Below, piece after piece: positions 41,365-49,996 of a DNA stretch of 64,000 bases. Position 1 is the first letter of the stretch; every line of letters begins with the position of its first letter. Location: IMG/VR virus record IMGVR_UViG_3300035184_001394, positions 1 through 64,000 of that record. The stretch is one strand, 5' to 3'. This DNA comes from a virus (lineage: Duplodnaviria > Heunggongvirae > Uroviricota > Caudoviricetes). The notes under the pieces are model-generated. The model made no database searches and was not told where the DNA came from. It saw nothing but the letters and a program-made list of their open reading frames with translations. A program made the translations under genes and the position numbers.

Positions 41365-42027
41365 ATGAAATTTTCTGAAAGAACTATCACGATCCTTAAA
41401 AGTTTTTCTTCTATTAATAAGTCAATATTAATGCAAGAAGGTCAAACTATTAAAACGATTACTCCTGAAAAGACACTTATCGCAAGTGCCAATATTCCTG
41501 AGACAATTCCATCTCAAGCTTGCATATACGACTTATCAAGATTCTTGTCAATCTTGAGTTTGTATAGCGATCCGGATGTTAAGTTTAATGATACTCACTT
41601 TATTATATCGGAAGGTAAGCGCAGAACAAAATATATATATGCTGATGTTTCGATGATTCACACGCCACCAGCTAAAGAAATCAAGATTCCAACACAAGAC
41701 GTCGTTGTTGATGTTAAATGGGACGATCTTCAATCTGTTCTTAAGGCAGCTGGTGTTTTGCAGTTCTCTGAAGTTGCATTTGTCGGAGATGGCGACAAAT
41801 GTTATCTTAAAGCAATTGATAGTTCAACCGAAGGTGCAGACGATTATGGAGTTGAAATCGGCGAGACTGGCGACACGTTTAAGATTATAGTTAAAACAGA
41901 TAACCTTAAATTATTACCGCAAGATTACAGCGTTACTATTTGTGCTAAGGGTATATCTGAATTTAAAGGTAATGAAGTTACGTATTTCGTTGCTATTGAT
42001 TCTAAGTCAACTTACATTAAAGGATAA
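41365..42027 (+). CDS. 45: sliding clamp gp45
   Basis: MKFSERTITILKSFSSINKSILMQEGQ...ACIYDLSRFLSILSL parallels T4 gp45 (MKLSKDTTALLKNFATINSGIMLKSGQ...VAIYDLNGFLGILSL). 220 aa. Confidence 0.85.
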   Translation: MKFSERTITILKSFSSINKSILMQEGQTIKTITPEKTLIASANIPETIPSQACIYDLSRFLSILSLYSDPDVKFNDTHFIISEGKRRTKYIYADVSMIHTPPAKEIKIPTQDVVVDVKWDDLQSVLKAAGVLQFSEVAFVGDGDKCYLKAIDSSTEGADDYGVEIGETGDTFKIIVKTDNLKLLPQDYSVTICAKGISEFKGNEVTYFVAIDSKSTYIKG

Positions 42028-42035
42028 AAACTATT

Positions 42036-42278
42036 ATGGATGAACAACATCAAGAGCCGGTATCTGTATCTTTGGCTGATATCGCATCGTTAGTACAAAT
42101 CATCGACATAGTATCACTTCGTGGTGGAATTCAAGGCAACGAAATGGCCAATGTTGGTATGCTTCGCAACAAATTAGAGTTATTCTTAAAACAAAATGAC
42201 GTTAAAACTCAAGAAGATGCACAGCGCGAAGCTAAAGTTGATACTATCGGTCCAATGCGTTCTAAGCTAGTTAGTTAA
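42036..42278 (+). CDS. hypothetical protein (80 aa)
   Basis: ORF track; lies between genes 45 and 44. Confidence 0.45.
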   Translation: MDEQHQEPVSVSLADIASLVQIIDIVSLRGGIQGNEMANVGMLRNKLELFLKQNDVKTQEDAQREAKVDTIGPMRSKLVS

Positions 42279-42304
42279 TTAATATGATATAACTATATTT
42301 GACT

Positions 42305-42331
42305 GGGGAGTCATTCTCCCCTTTATTTTTT
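42305..42331 (+). terminator. rho-independent terminator
   Basis: GGGGAG-TCATT-CTCCCC followed by TTTATTTTTT. Confidence 0.7.
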
Positions 42332-42356
42332 ATTTTACTATGATGGGTACATTATT

Positions 42357-43310
42357 ATGACAATTACAACTAAATCAAACGAAGTATTGTGGGTTGAGCG
42401 ATATAGACCAACAGTTATTGCCGACACAATACTACCTCAAAAAACTAAAGATGTATTCAAAAAATTCGTTTCTGACAGCACTATTCCAAACTTATTACTG
42501 TCTGGAGGTCCAGGTTGCGGTAAGACTACAGTCGCAAAGGCAATGCTTGACGAATTGGGTTGTGACTATATCGTAAAGAATGGTTCACTAAACGTAAATA
42601 TCGATACTATCCGACATGATATATCAACATATGCATCATCTGTATCTCTTACTGGTGGTCGCAAGTATGTAATCTTTGATGAAGCAGATTACCTTAACGC
42701 AGCATCTGTTCAACCTGCACTTCGTAACTTTATTGAAGAATACTCAAGTAACTGTGGTTTTATCTTTACTTGTAACTTTAAAAATCGTATCATATCGCCA
42801 CTTCGTTCTCGTTTATCTGAAATCGACTTTTCTATTGAAAGTAAAGATAGACCTAAACTTGCTATGCAATTCTTTAAACGTGTTACTGCTATTCTTGAAC
42901 AAGAAAAAGTACCATTTGAAAAAGCAGTTGTTGCTAAGGTTATTGAAAAGCATTTCCCAGACTTCCGTCGCGTATTAACTGAACTTCAATCATACGCAGC
43001 TTCTGGTAAGATTGATGAAGGTATTTTCATTAATCTTAAGCAAGAATCTATTGATGCGTTGTTCAAATTTCTTAAGGAAAAGAACTTTACTCAAATGCGC
43101 AAATGGGTTGGAAACAACTCCGACCAAGATATGAATGAAATGTTTCGTAGAATATATGATCTTTCAACTGACAAGGTTGAATTCCGAAGCCAACCTGGCT
43201 TTGTAGTCACACTTGCTGATTATATGTATAAAGCTAATTTTGTTGCTGATTTAGAAGTTAACATGGTTGCTTTCCTTACTGAAGTTATGATTGAATGTGA
43301 GTTCAAATAA
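42357..43310 (+). CDS. 44: clamp loader large subunit gp44 (AAA+)
   Basis: W.ERYRP, Walker A GGPGCGKTT, Walker B VIFDEADYL and SRC-like SPLRSRL. Confidence 0.85.
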   Translation: MTITTKSNEVLWVERYRPTVIADTILPQKTKDVFKKFVSDSTIPNLLLSGGPGCGKTTVAKAMLDELGCDYIVKNGSLNVNIDTIRHDISTYASSVSLTGGRKYVIFDEADYLNAASVQPALRNFIEEYSSNCGFIFTCNFKNRIISPLRSRLSEIDFSIESKDRPKLAMQFFKRVTAILEQEKVPFEKAVVAKVIEKHFPDFRRVLTELQSYAASGKIDEGIFINLKQESIDALFKFLKEKNFTQMRKWVGNNSDQDMNEMFRRIYDLSTDKVEFRSQPGFVVTLADYMYKANFVADLEVNMVAFLTEVMIECEFK

Positions 43311-43501
43311 TGTTAAGCTTTGGTCGGTTAAAATGTTTTTATTGTAAAACGAAGGTTAAGAAAAAGCTTGTGTTTACTACAATAATCACGACAGCAGAAG
43401 GCGATCTTTCATTACAATTGTGCCCGTTGTGTGGTGAACAATTAGATGAAATACTTAAAGATATTGAACTAGTTAAAATGGAAAGAGAAAAAAATGGCTA
43501 A
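43310..43501 (+). CDS. small zinc-ribbon protein (63 aa)
   Basis: CFYCKTKV...CPLCGEQL. Overlaps both neighbours (TAATG with gene 44; 8 nt with gene 62). Confidence 0.45.
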   Translation: MLSFGRLKCFYCKTKVKKKLVFTTIITTAEGDLSLQLCPLCGEQLDEILKDIELVKMEREKNG

Positions 43502-43892
43502 AGAATTAACACCATTTGATTTTATGACAGCTGCGTCGTATTCGAAAGTTGACTTGATTGGAGATAATGAAAATCCAGATCATATAGAAAAATTGTATAG
43601 CCCATATATGGTTAATCGGGGTTTTTCAAATTTCCAAGATACAATTCTACACGCAAATGAAATGAATCAAAGACCTGCTTTATTCTATCGTGCTCAATTT
43701 GATTATTATCGTTCAGTGTTAAGGAAAGGCAAGAGGTTTTCTAAATGGGCAAAACCATCTAAAGATAAAGATTTAGATGCGATACAGCAAGTATATCAAT
43801 GTAGTAGAATAGTAGCACAACAATATTTTAAAGCACTATCTAAAGATGATATGAAGACAGTGCACAACAAACTGATAACGGGTGGAGCTTAA
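43494..43892 (+). CDS. 62: clamp loader small subunit gp62
   Basis: Positioned after gene 44. LRKGKRFSKWAKP parallels T4 gp62 PRGKRYGKWAKL. Confidence 0.65.
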   Translation: MAKELTPFDFMTAASYSKVDLIGDNENPDHIEKLYSPYMVNRGFSNFQDTILHANEMNQRPALFYRAQFDYYRSVLRKGKRFSKWAKPSKDKDLDAIQQVYQCSRIVAQQYFKALSKDDMKTVHNKLITGGA

Positions 43893-43896
43893 CTTA

Positions 43897-43904
43897 TTAT
43901 AAAT
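43897..43904 (+). promoter_or_regulatory. T4-type late promoter TATAAATA
   Basis: TATAAATA about 60 nt upstream of regA. Confidence 0.35.
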
Positions 43905-43963
43905 AATTTCATAGCTAACTTTGGCTTTATGAAAATAATAATAATAAAAGGTGAATATGTATT

Positions 43964-44368
43964 ATGAACTCAGAAGATATTTTTAAAGGGGTCGGTGTAG
44001 AGATAACTTTACCAACCGATGATAGTTTCTTAAAAATAAAGGAAACTCTAACTAGAATTGGTATATCAGCAAGAAAGGAAAAGAAATTATTTCAATCTTG
44101 TCATATACTTCATAAACAAGGTCGATATTCAATTCTTCATTTTAAAGAGTTGTTTGTATTAGACGGCAAAATTGATACATTCGCTACAGAAGATATGGCT
44201 CGTAGAAATACAATAGTCAATCTGCTAGATGAGTGGGAATTGCTTAAAATTGTTGATAAAGAACGAGCTTCAGCTCCCCGCGCATCACTAAATCAGGTTA
44301 AGATTATTTCTTATAAAGATAAAGCTGACTGGGAACTTTGTGTTAAATATAATATAGGTAAAAAATAG
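43964..44368 (+). CDS. regA: translational repressor RegA
   Basis: VEITLPTDDSFLKIKETLTRIGI...LFQSCHILHKQGRYSILHFKELF..DG parallels T4 RegA (IEITLKKPEDFLKVKETLTRMGI...LYQSCHILQKKGLYYIVHFKEML). Confidence 0.85.
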   Translation: MNSEDIFKGVGVEITLPTDDSFLKIKETLTRIGISARKEKKLFQSCHILHKQGRYSILHFKELFVLDGKIDTFATEDMARRNTIVNLLDEWELLKIVDKERASAPRASLNQVKIISYKDKADWELCVKYNIGKK

Positions 44369-44382
44369 GTGAGATGTTAATT

Positions 44383-44868
44383 ATGAATGAACTAAAGTTT
44401 TATAAAAATAAGGAATACGCGTATTCTCCTAAACTACATGAAGTGGATTCAATAGAGTTTGATATTCAAGCTGCATTTCAAATGGGCGATAAGATTAGAA
44501 CATACAATCCATGGAATAAAGAATGTTTAATACCAGTTAAAAATATTGGTGGAAAAGTTGGTTTTCAGTTACATCCAGAAAACCGTGCACAAGTACCGAC
44601 TGGTTTGATATTTGATATACCAGAAGGATACAGTCTAAAAATGTATATGAAACCCGAAGTTGCTCTTAAAAAAGGATTAGTCTTAGCGAATGGTACTACT
44701 ATTATAAGCTATGATCTTCATCGTAGACCAAATGATGAATTGTATATGGTATTATACAATGTTTCTGATAGCTTAGTTGTAGTAAACGAAGGCGAAATAC
44801 TTACAGCAATTTCCATGGAATTAGCCTGCGAATATTCTCTTTCAGAATCTGTTAAAGTACCAGTATAA
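44383..44868 (+). CDS. dUTPase-fold protein with divergent catalytic motifs
   Basis: QVPTGLIFDIPEGYSLKMYMKPEVALKKGLVLANG...LYNVSDSLVVVNEGEILTAI follows the trimeric dUTPase strand order. The RS and IDxDYxGE motifs are not conserved. Confidence 0.45.
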   Translation: MNELKFYKNKEYAYSPKLHEVDSIEFDIQAAFQMGDKIRTYNPWNKECLIPVKNIGGKVGFQLHPENRAQVPTGLIFDIPEGYSLKMYMKPEVALKKGLVLANGTTIISYDLHRRPNDELYMVLYNVSDSLVVVNEGEILTAISMELACEYSLSESVKVPV

Positions 44869-44907
44869 AAAAAGTTAAAAAAAGTTTTATACATCGAGTT
44901 TTTTGTG

Positions 44908-44915
44908 TATAAATA
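44908..44915 (+). promoter_or_regulatory. T4-type late promoter TATAAATA upstream of hsp20
   Basis: TATAAATA about 100 nt upstream of the ATG at 45014. Confidence 0.4.
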
Positions 44916-44990
44916 GAAATGTTAGCATGATGCCGAAAGGGTTTTGCTAACATAACAACAATGCTAGTTATAATTATAACAGCAAATTAA

Positions 44991-45008
44991 TCTTGCTCAA
45001 AGAGGAGA
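44991..45008 (+). promoter_or_regulatory. candidate ROSE-like RNA thermometer hairpin sequestering the hsp20 Shine-Dalgarno
   Basis: UCUUGCUC-AAA-GAGGAGA. UUGCU pairs with AGGAG leaving an internal G-G opposition. The ATG lies 6 nt downstream. Confidence 0.4.
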
Positions 45009-45013
45009 AAACA

Positions 45014-45481
45014 ATGAGAAATCTACAAGTTAACACTGATCACCTAAAACCATTCACCGTTGGATTTGATAACATACTAAATCGTTTATTTGAAAATGAA
45101 AATTGTGCAACACGAAGTACTGGGTTTCCACCCTACAACATCAGAAAGCGTTCAGACACAGAATTCCATATAGATCTAGCAGTAGCTGGCTTAGATATTA
45201 ATGATGTTGATATAGAAGTATCAGATGGTCAGTTAGTTGTGCGTTCAGCATTCGACGACAAAGCAAAAGTATTTAATGGTGAATTTATTCATCGCGGTAT
45301 TTCGTTTAAGAAATTTACGAGACCATTTACTCTTGCCGATGATATCGAAGTTACTGGTGCAAATTTGAAAAATGGATTGCTTACAATCGATTTAACTCGT
45401 ATAGTACCAGAAGAGAAAAAACCAAAGAAGATTACAATTGAATGTGGTTCGCCCAATGATAAACAGTTCTTGGCTGGTTGA
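45014..45481 (+). CDS. small heat-shock protein (Hsp20 / alpha-crystallin, IbpA-like)
   Basis: FPPYNIRK...FHIDLAVAGLDINDVDIEV.DGQLVVRS...FIHRGISFKKFTRPFTLADDIEV.GANLKNGLLTIDL. Confidence 0.85.
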   Translation: MRNLQVNTDHLKPFTVGFDNILNRLFENENCATRSTGFPPYNIRKRSDTEFHIDLAVAGLDINDVDIEVSDGQLVVRSAFDDKAKVFNGEFIHRGISFKKFTRPFTLADDIEVTGANLKNGLLTIDLTRIVPEEKKPKKITIECGSPNDKQFLAG

Positions 45482-45510
45482 ATAAAGAATATATTTAAAT
45501 AGTTATATAT

Positions 45511-45546
45511 AAGGAAACTCGATATTGAGTTTCCTTTTTAGTTTTT
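45511..45546 (+). terminator. rho-independent terminator
   Basis: AAGGAAACTC-GATATT-GAGTTTCCTT followed by TTTAGTTTTT. Confidence 0.7.
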
Positions 45547-45561
45547 AAAGATAGGAAAGTT

Positions 45562-45714
45562 ATGAAAATGTTAAAGATGTTAAATAAAAATGCGAAAGCT
45601 TGGTTAAATACTTGGTTTAAATACACTTGCCATACACAAATTATGGCTCCTTATCAAATTACGTGTAACGCAAATTCATTCATAAACAAAATAAAAACAG
45701 AAAAAGAGGCTTAA
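45562..45714 (+). CDS. possible small protein (50 aa)
   Basis: Own translation MKMLKMLNKNAKAWLNTWFKYTCHTQIMAPYQITCNANSFINKIKTEKEA; AGGAAAG RBS. Confidence 0.3.
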   Translation: MKMLKMLNKNAKAWLNTWFKYTCHTQIMAPYQITCNANSFINKIKTEKEA

Positions 45715-45848
45715 TAATAGTAATGGAAAAGTATAAGTTAAAGGTAGTGGTGAATTGTATATCAACAATGATATTAATAGTATCACTACCAATTTTTGTT
45801 ATTTTGCTACACATGTAATAGTTAGTGGTTGGGAAAACTCGGCCACTA

Positions 45849-47597
45849 TCATCCAGCCCAGTTTGGATCTAGCGAATTTCCACCGCCATGGCCAAATAAA
45901 ACTGATTGTGAATTACTATTAATATCACCTTCTTTTATATTAGTTGATCCTTCTAATTTATTATAAACATTAGTAACCCCACCTCCAACATTTTCTTTTA
46001 CGGTGTCAATAGTTTTAAGCTTATTATCTCCTTCTGTTTGTCTTTTAATTGATCTTCTAAGCCTAGCAACTTGCATTTTTGTTCTTCTGTTTTGTTTAGT
46101 CGTTACAGATCTAACTTCTTGTACAAGAGACACTTCGGGTATAAACGTTCCATCATCTACCGATGAAGCTAATTGCTCGAGTTTATTGAAACTATCTTCT
46201 AAAATTACTTTTTGCTCTTCTATTCGTTCTAATTCTGCTTTGCCGCTTGCTATTATTCCTTTATTACTACGACCGCCTGCCGTACTTTTTGATTTAGCAA
46301 GAGCTGCTTCTTCCTGAGCTAGAAGTTCATCGTTAATTTTATTAAGCTCGCTTCTAGCTTTTAATATTGCTTCACGTTTTTCTTTTTCTGTTTTTGCTAG
46401 AGATAAATCTGTGTTAACAAGATAAAAATTATTATCCATATCAGCAACCAATTTTGATCTACTTTTTTCAACTTCACCTTTTATATAATCGGCTGCAACA
46501 CCACCTAAAGTATAAACAGCGCCGCCAACAGCACCAACTAGCGCTCCAACTGGGCCAAACATTGCACCTATTGCTGCGCCTTTTAGAGCAGTTTCACCAA
46601 GATTGACGAGATTAAGTTCAGCTTCACCAATTTTAACAGCACTATTAATACTGTTTTTCTCAAAATTATCTCTAACCATATCAGCTGCAACATCAACTAC
46701 TATTGTTGCAACCGATGCAAGACCAACTCCACGAACAATTGATCCTTTTAATCCAAATGGCAGTTTTCCTGCACCTATAGGAGGTGTTGCTGTTGTAGGG
46801 CTTGCTGCTGTAGGAAGAGTGTTTGTCAATTTACCTAATCCGAGAGCTTTCAATACTGATCCACCGGCAGCAAACATATTTTTTACAAGTCCAGCTGCTA
46901 TTCCAATAGCACCACTGAGTAATTTAAAATTGTTTCTTAAACCAAGAACAACAACAGAACTTCCAACTAACCAAGTTAATGGATTTGTGATTATCTCTGA
47001 AAAACTTGATAAACTTTCACTCACTTTAAAAATCCAATCTTTGAATTTTGTTTCATATTCTGTGAACTTTCCACCGGTCATCTTGTTAACCATACCTTTT
47101 ATCAAGTTATAGCTAAAAAATACACCACCAGCTACTTTAGCAAACGTTTTAATGAAGTCAAATCCAGCTTTAGCACCACTTTTAAGTTTATCACCTAGCA
47201 CTGGTTTTGTTTTTTTAGGTTTTGTTTTTTCTGGTTTTGTTAGATCTTCTACGTCATCAATAGCTTGTCGTCTTTCTGCTGCTTCTTTATCTTGAATTTC
47301 AGTTAACTCAAGAGATTTAGCAAGTAAACTGGTTTGTTCAATTAAACTAGTTGATATAGTTTGAAATACATTGTCAAATTTACTCAGTTGTATTTTAACT
47401 TGTCTTATAGAATTTGGACTACTGTTTCGATTTAATAAACCTTCTGCCTTCAACCTATCTATAATAGCTTGTGTATCATCAGACACTCTAGCCTTTTTAG
47501 ATTTCTTTTCACTTTTTTGTGATGGTTGATCTTTCGCGCTTTTTTGTTGTCCGACTATACTCGGTAGTGTTTGATTTTTTTCTGGTTTATCAGCCAT
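45849..47597 (-). CDS. 29: baseplate hub / tail length tape-measure protein (gp29-like)
   Basis: 582 aa (T4 gp29 ~590). Coiled N- and C-terminal regions flank a Gly/Ala-rich hydrophobic core (GAAIGAMFGPVGALVGAVGGAVYTLGG). Lies in a baseplate hub gene context. Confidence 0.6.
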   Translation of the reverse strand: MADKPEKNQTLPSIVGQQKSAKDQPSQKSEKKSKKARVSDDTQAIIDRLKAEGLLNRNSSPNSIRQVKIQLSKFDNVFQTISTSLIEQTSLLAKSLELTEIQDKEAAERRQAIDDVEDLTKPEKTKPKKTKPVLGDKLKSGAKAGFDFIKTFAKVAGGVFFSYNLIKGMVNKMTGGKFTEYETKFKDWIFKVSESLSSFSEIITNPLTWLVGSSVVVLGLRNNFKLLSGAIGIAAGLVKNMFAAGGSVLKALGLGKLTNTLPTAASPTTATPPIGAGKLPFGLKGSIVRGVGLASVATIVVDVAADMVRDNFEKNSINSAVKIGEAELNLVNLGETALKGAAIGAMFGPVGALVGAVGGAVYTLGGVAADYIKGEVEKSRSKLVADMDNNFYLVNTDLSLAKTEKEKREAILKARSELNKINDELLAQEEAALAKSKSTAGGRSNKGIIASGKAELERIEEQKVILEDSFNKLEQLASSVDDGTFIPEVSLVQEVRSVTTKQNRRTKMQVARLRRSIKRQTEGDNKLKTIDTVKENVGGGVTNVYNKLEGSTNIKEGDINSNSQSVLFGHGGGNSLDPNWAG

Positions 47598-47599
47598 TT

Positions 47600-47770
47600 T
47601 TAATTTTCGCTCTTATCTTTTTGTTGTTCGAGATAGTTTACCAGCATTCCAAAATATAAGTCGCGTTCATATGGCAACATGTGTTCTATATCATGTATTG
47701 AGTATTTGTGGTGCTGAGCTAACGAAAATATCATTTGATAGTACGCAGATAAATCAATGTGGCTCAGCAC
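47600..47770 (-). CDS. small protein (56 aa, GTG start), possibly gp51-like hub assembly factor
   Basis: Own translation (M)LSHIDLSAYYQMIFSLAQHHKYSIHDIEHMLPYERDLYFGMLVNYLEQQKDKSEN. Packed between the upstream stop (TAGTG overlap) and the gene 29 ATG (2-nt gap). Confidence 0.35.
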   Translation of the reverse strand: MLSHIDLSAYYQMIFSLAQHHKYSIHDIEHMLPYERDLYFGMLVNYLEQQKDKSEN

Positions 47771-48471
47771 TAGATAAAAAAACTTCGCATTCCTTCTATA
47801 ATAAATGTTTTATCAACACCATCTTTATTTTTGTATTTTAATTCGTGTCTAACTTTTGGCATAGTCTCAAAGAATTCTTTTATTCCTTTAATGACGTCGC
47901 CCGTCATATTATCCATGAATTCATCAATCTGCTCATCGCTATATTCTTTAAAATCAAAAACTTCATCATTTGATACTAATTTGTCTAAACACGAAGTCAT
48001 AACAAAATAGTTAACAAGTGGATCATTTGGATCCATATCAATAATACTGGCAAACTCGTCTATTGTTGGGTATTTTAACATTATAGTGTATTCGTCATTG
48101 ATTTTTATTTTGTTTGTGTGGTTTTCATCTTTGCTTATTTGAACCTTATCTATATCAATAGACAATTCAATTGTTTCTTTTGTATCTGGATCTTTAATAG
48201 TAAATTCTAGAGAGTTATCAACAGATCTAGCACGTATAACTAAAATTATATATTCTAAGTCAAACATTGCAAATTTAGAAACATCCGAATCTAATAGACA
48301 GTTATTAACTATCTGTTTTGTCGCTAGTAATTCCTGTGTTGCATCATCTGACTCTTGTGCGACTAATAAGATCTTCTCTTCTTTTACTGTAAAAGGTCGA
48401 TACTTAATTTTCTCACCAGTTGAAGGTAAGATCATCTCTGATATTGGCAAATCGATTTTTGGTAACGACAT
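47770..48471 (-). CDS. baseplate hub subunit, gp26-like
   Basis: 233 aa. N-terminal ..LPSTGEKIKYRPFTVKEEKILL.. pattern, and position upstream of gene 29. Assignment is by context and weak recollection. Confidence 0.4.
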   Translation of the reverse strand: MSLPKIDLPISEMILPSTGEKIKYRPFTVKEEKILLVAQESDDATQELLATKQIVNNCLLDSDVSKFAMFDLEYIILVIRARSVDNSLEFTIKDPDTKETIELSIDIDKVQISKDENHTNKIKINDEYTIMLKYPTIDEFASIIDMDPNDPLVNYFVMTSCLDKLVSNDEVFDFKEYSDEQIDEFMDNMTGDVIKGIKEFFETMPKVRHELKYKNKDGVDKTFIIEGMRSFFI

Positions 48472-48485
48472 TATGTAAATCTCCT

Positions 48486-49274
48486 TTAGATTCTATTACT
48501 GATATTGTCAAATGAATTTCTTGTTCGCGATATTCTATTAATCGCATCTTGTATACTGTCGAATTTAACACCTTGGTCTATTGTTTGTTTTACTACTCCC
48601 GCAAATCCTGCAACTGCTCCTAATCTATCAAGTAGTCCATTTCCTCTACTGTTTCTAGCAGTTGGAGTTCCCGACTTTGTGCCTGAATAAGATATTTTGT
48701 CGTACACAAAGGCAACAGGCAGAGTAAGGAATGTATTATTATTAGCCCAACCCAAATCCAGATCACCAAGAGTTATAGGATATGCGTTGTGCAGTTTAAC
48801 TTCATAATATTTATTTTCAAAACATTCAGATGAATAATGTCGTATTGTTATATTTGTTGCGTATTCATCTTTATATCCAAACTCGTATGGTAATTTACCA
48901 TCAACTTCATTAAATGCACCAGCATCAGACGCACCATGATTAACTATCTTTTGGATCCAATTATGAAAATAGTTTAAAATATTATGATCAGAGTCGACCA
49001 TAAAAACAGCGCTAACTGGTTGATTAACAACCGACATTGGAAATACTGTCGTTAATTGACCAACAGCCTGGTATGGTATCGCGTTAATATTAACACCTGG
49101 GATGTTAGCTGTCATACAAAAGAAAGAAAATATTCTTGAATCTATTTTTGTACCTTTATCTAACTCAGTTACACCATCTTGTATAGGAGATATTATAATC
49201 TCAAAAAGTGACGACCTTGCCGGACCGCCTCTACTATCAATTTCAGATTTAAACCTACTGATGTCGAAAGCCAT
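48486..49274 (-). CDS. tail-tube-fold baseplate protein (gp54/gp48/gp3-like)
   Basis: N-terminal ..GGPARSSLFEIIISP.. (compare gp19 ARPNLFQVEISY), ..AYPITLGDLDLGW.. and a flexible C-terminal tail LLDRLGAVAGFAG like gp54. Confidence 0.45.
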   Translation of the reverse strand: MAFDISRFKSEIDSRGGPARSSLFEIIISPIQDGVTELDKGTKIDSRIFSFFCMTANIPGVNINAIPYQAVGQLTTVFPMSVVNQPVSAVFMVDSDHNILNYFHNWIQKIVNHGASDAGAFNEVDGKLPYEFGYKDEYATNITIRHYSSECFENKYYEVKLHNAYPITLGDLDLGWANNNTFLTLPVAFVYDKISYSGTKSGTPTARNSRGNGLLDRLGAVAGFAGVVKQTIDQGVKFDSIQDAINRISRTRNSFDNISNRI

Positions 49275-49279
49275 TTAAT

Positions 49280-49885
49280 TTACCTTTTATTAATAATTTT
49301 ACGTGAATCAGCGTAAACTTTTTGTTTAGATGCACCGATAAATTTACCAGCTGGTAGGAATAGAGCAATGTCCCATTCTGATGGTGTTATGTAAATAAAC
49401 CTTGATTTAATTTGTTTATTAAGGTAATGTTTAATACATGGCGCAAATTCTTTAAATTTAGCAGCTCCGTTTAATAAATCATAAGATATTTTTGCTCTAG
49501 TATTTTCGTCGTATCGATCATTAGTTACAGTCTTATATATTTCATCCATTAAAACTGCACGTAATTGTGGAGGCAAATAGTGCATATTAATTCCTAAAAA
49601 TCCACCTTTTGCTAGACTAATTGGAAATATTAATGGAAACGCATCATAGTAAGGTAACGTATCTTTGTGTTTAGCGACGTATGAAAACATATACATATTT
49701 CCGAACCTAATTTTAGATTCTGCACTTGACTTCTTTTCTTGCATTATTTTCTTTTGTACAATATCAGGACCTTTCTTTATTTTTCTGGCCTGATCGCGAT
49801 ACCAATTTCTGGCTTCGTCAGTTCTGGCTGGTACTTGTCCACCTCTTATACCTTTGAGTAATATGTTTGCAAATAAAGTAGCCAT
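49280..49885 (-). CDS. 2: DNA end protector protein gp2-like
   Basis: GNMYMFSYVAKHKDTLPYYDAFPLIFPI...GFLGINMHYLPPQLR matches the pattern I recall for T4-like gp2. Lies in a gene 4 - 2 neighbourhood as in T4. Confidence 0.5.
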   Translation of the reverse strand: MATLFANILLKGIRGGQVPARTDEARNWYRDQARKIKKGPDIVQKKIMQEKKSSAESKIRFGNMYMFSYVAKHKDTLPYYDAFPLIFPISLAKGGFLGINMHYLPPQLRAVLMDEIYKTVTNDRYDENTRAKISYDLLNGAAKFKEFAPCIKHYLNKQIKSRFIYITPSEWDIALFLPAGKFIGASKQKVYADSRKIINKR

Positions 49886-49996
49886 TTATTTAATTCCTAG
49901 TTCGTATTTTCTTTCAGTTACAGCTTTCTGCAACTTTACTTTATTTTTATAAGAATTATCAGTAGGTTCGTTACAATTAATACAACTATTATACAT
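49886..49996 (-). CDS. possible small protein (36 aa)
   Basis: Own translation MYNSCINCNEPTDNSYKNKVKLQKAVTERKYELGIK. TAATG overlap with the gene 4 stop, and it ends adjacent to the gene 2 ATG. Confidence 0.3.
   Translation of the reverse strand: MYNSCINCNEPTDNSYKNKVKLQKAVTERKYELGIK

Noticed and set aside
44383-44868. Calling this ORF a canonical dUTPase (dut).
   Set aside because: Only the fold-level pattern is visible and the catalytic motifs III and V are not conserved. It is therefore reported only as a dUTPase-fold protein.
46603-47112. A 169-aa plus-strand ORF in the track.
   Set aside because: It is antisense to the gp29-like tape-measure gene and has a low-complexity, Pro/Thr/Ala-rich mirror composition. 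It has no promoter or RBS, so it is a shadow ORF.
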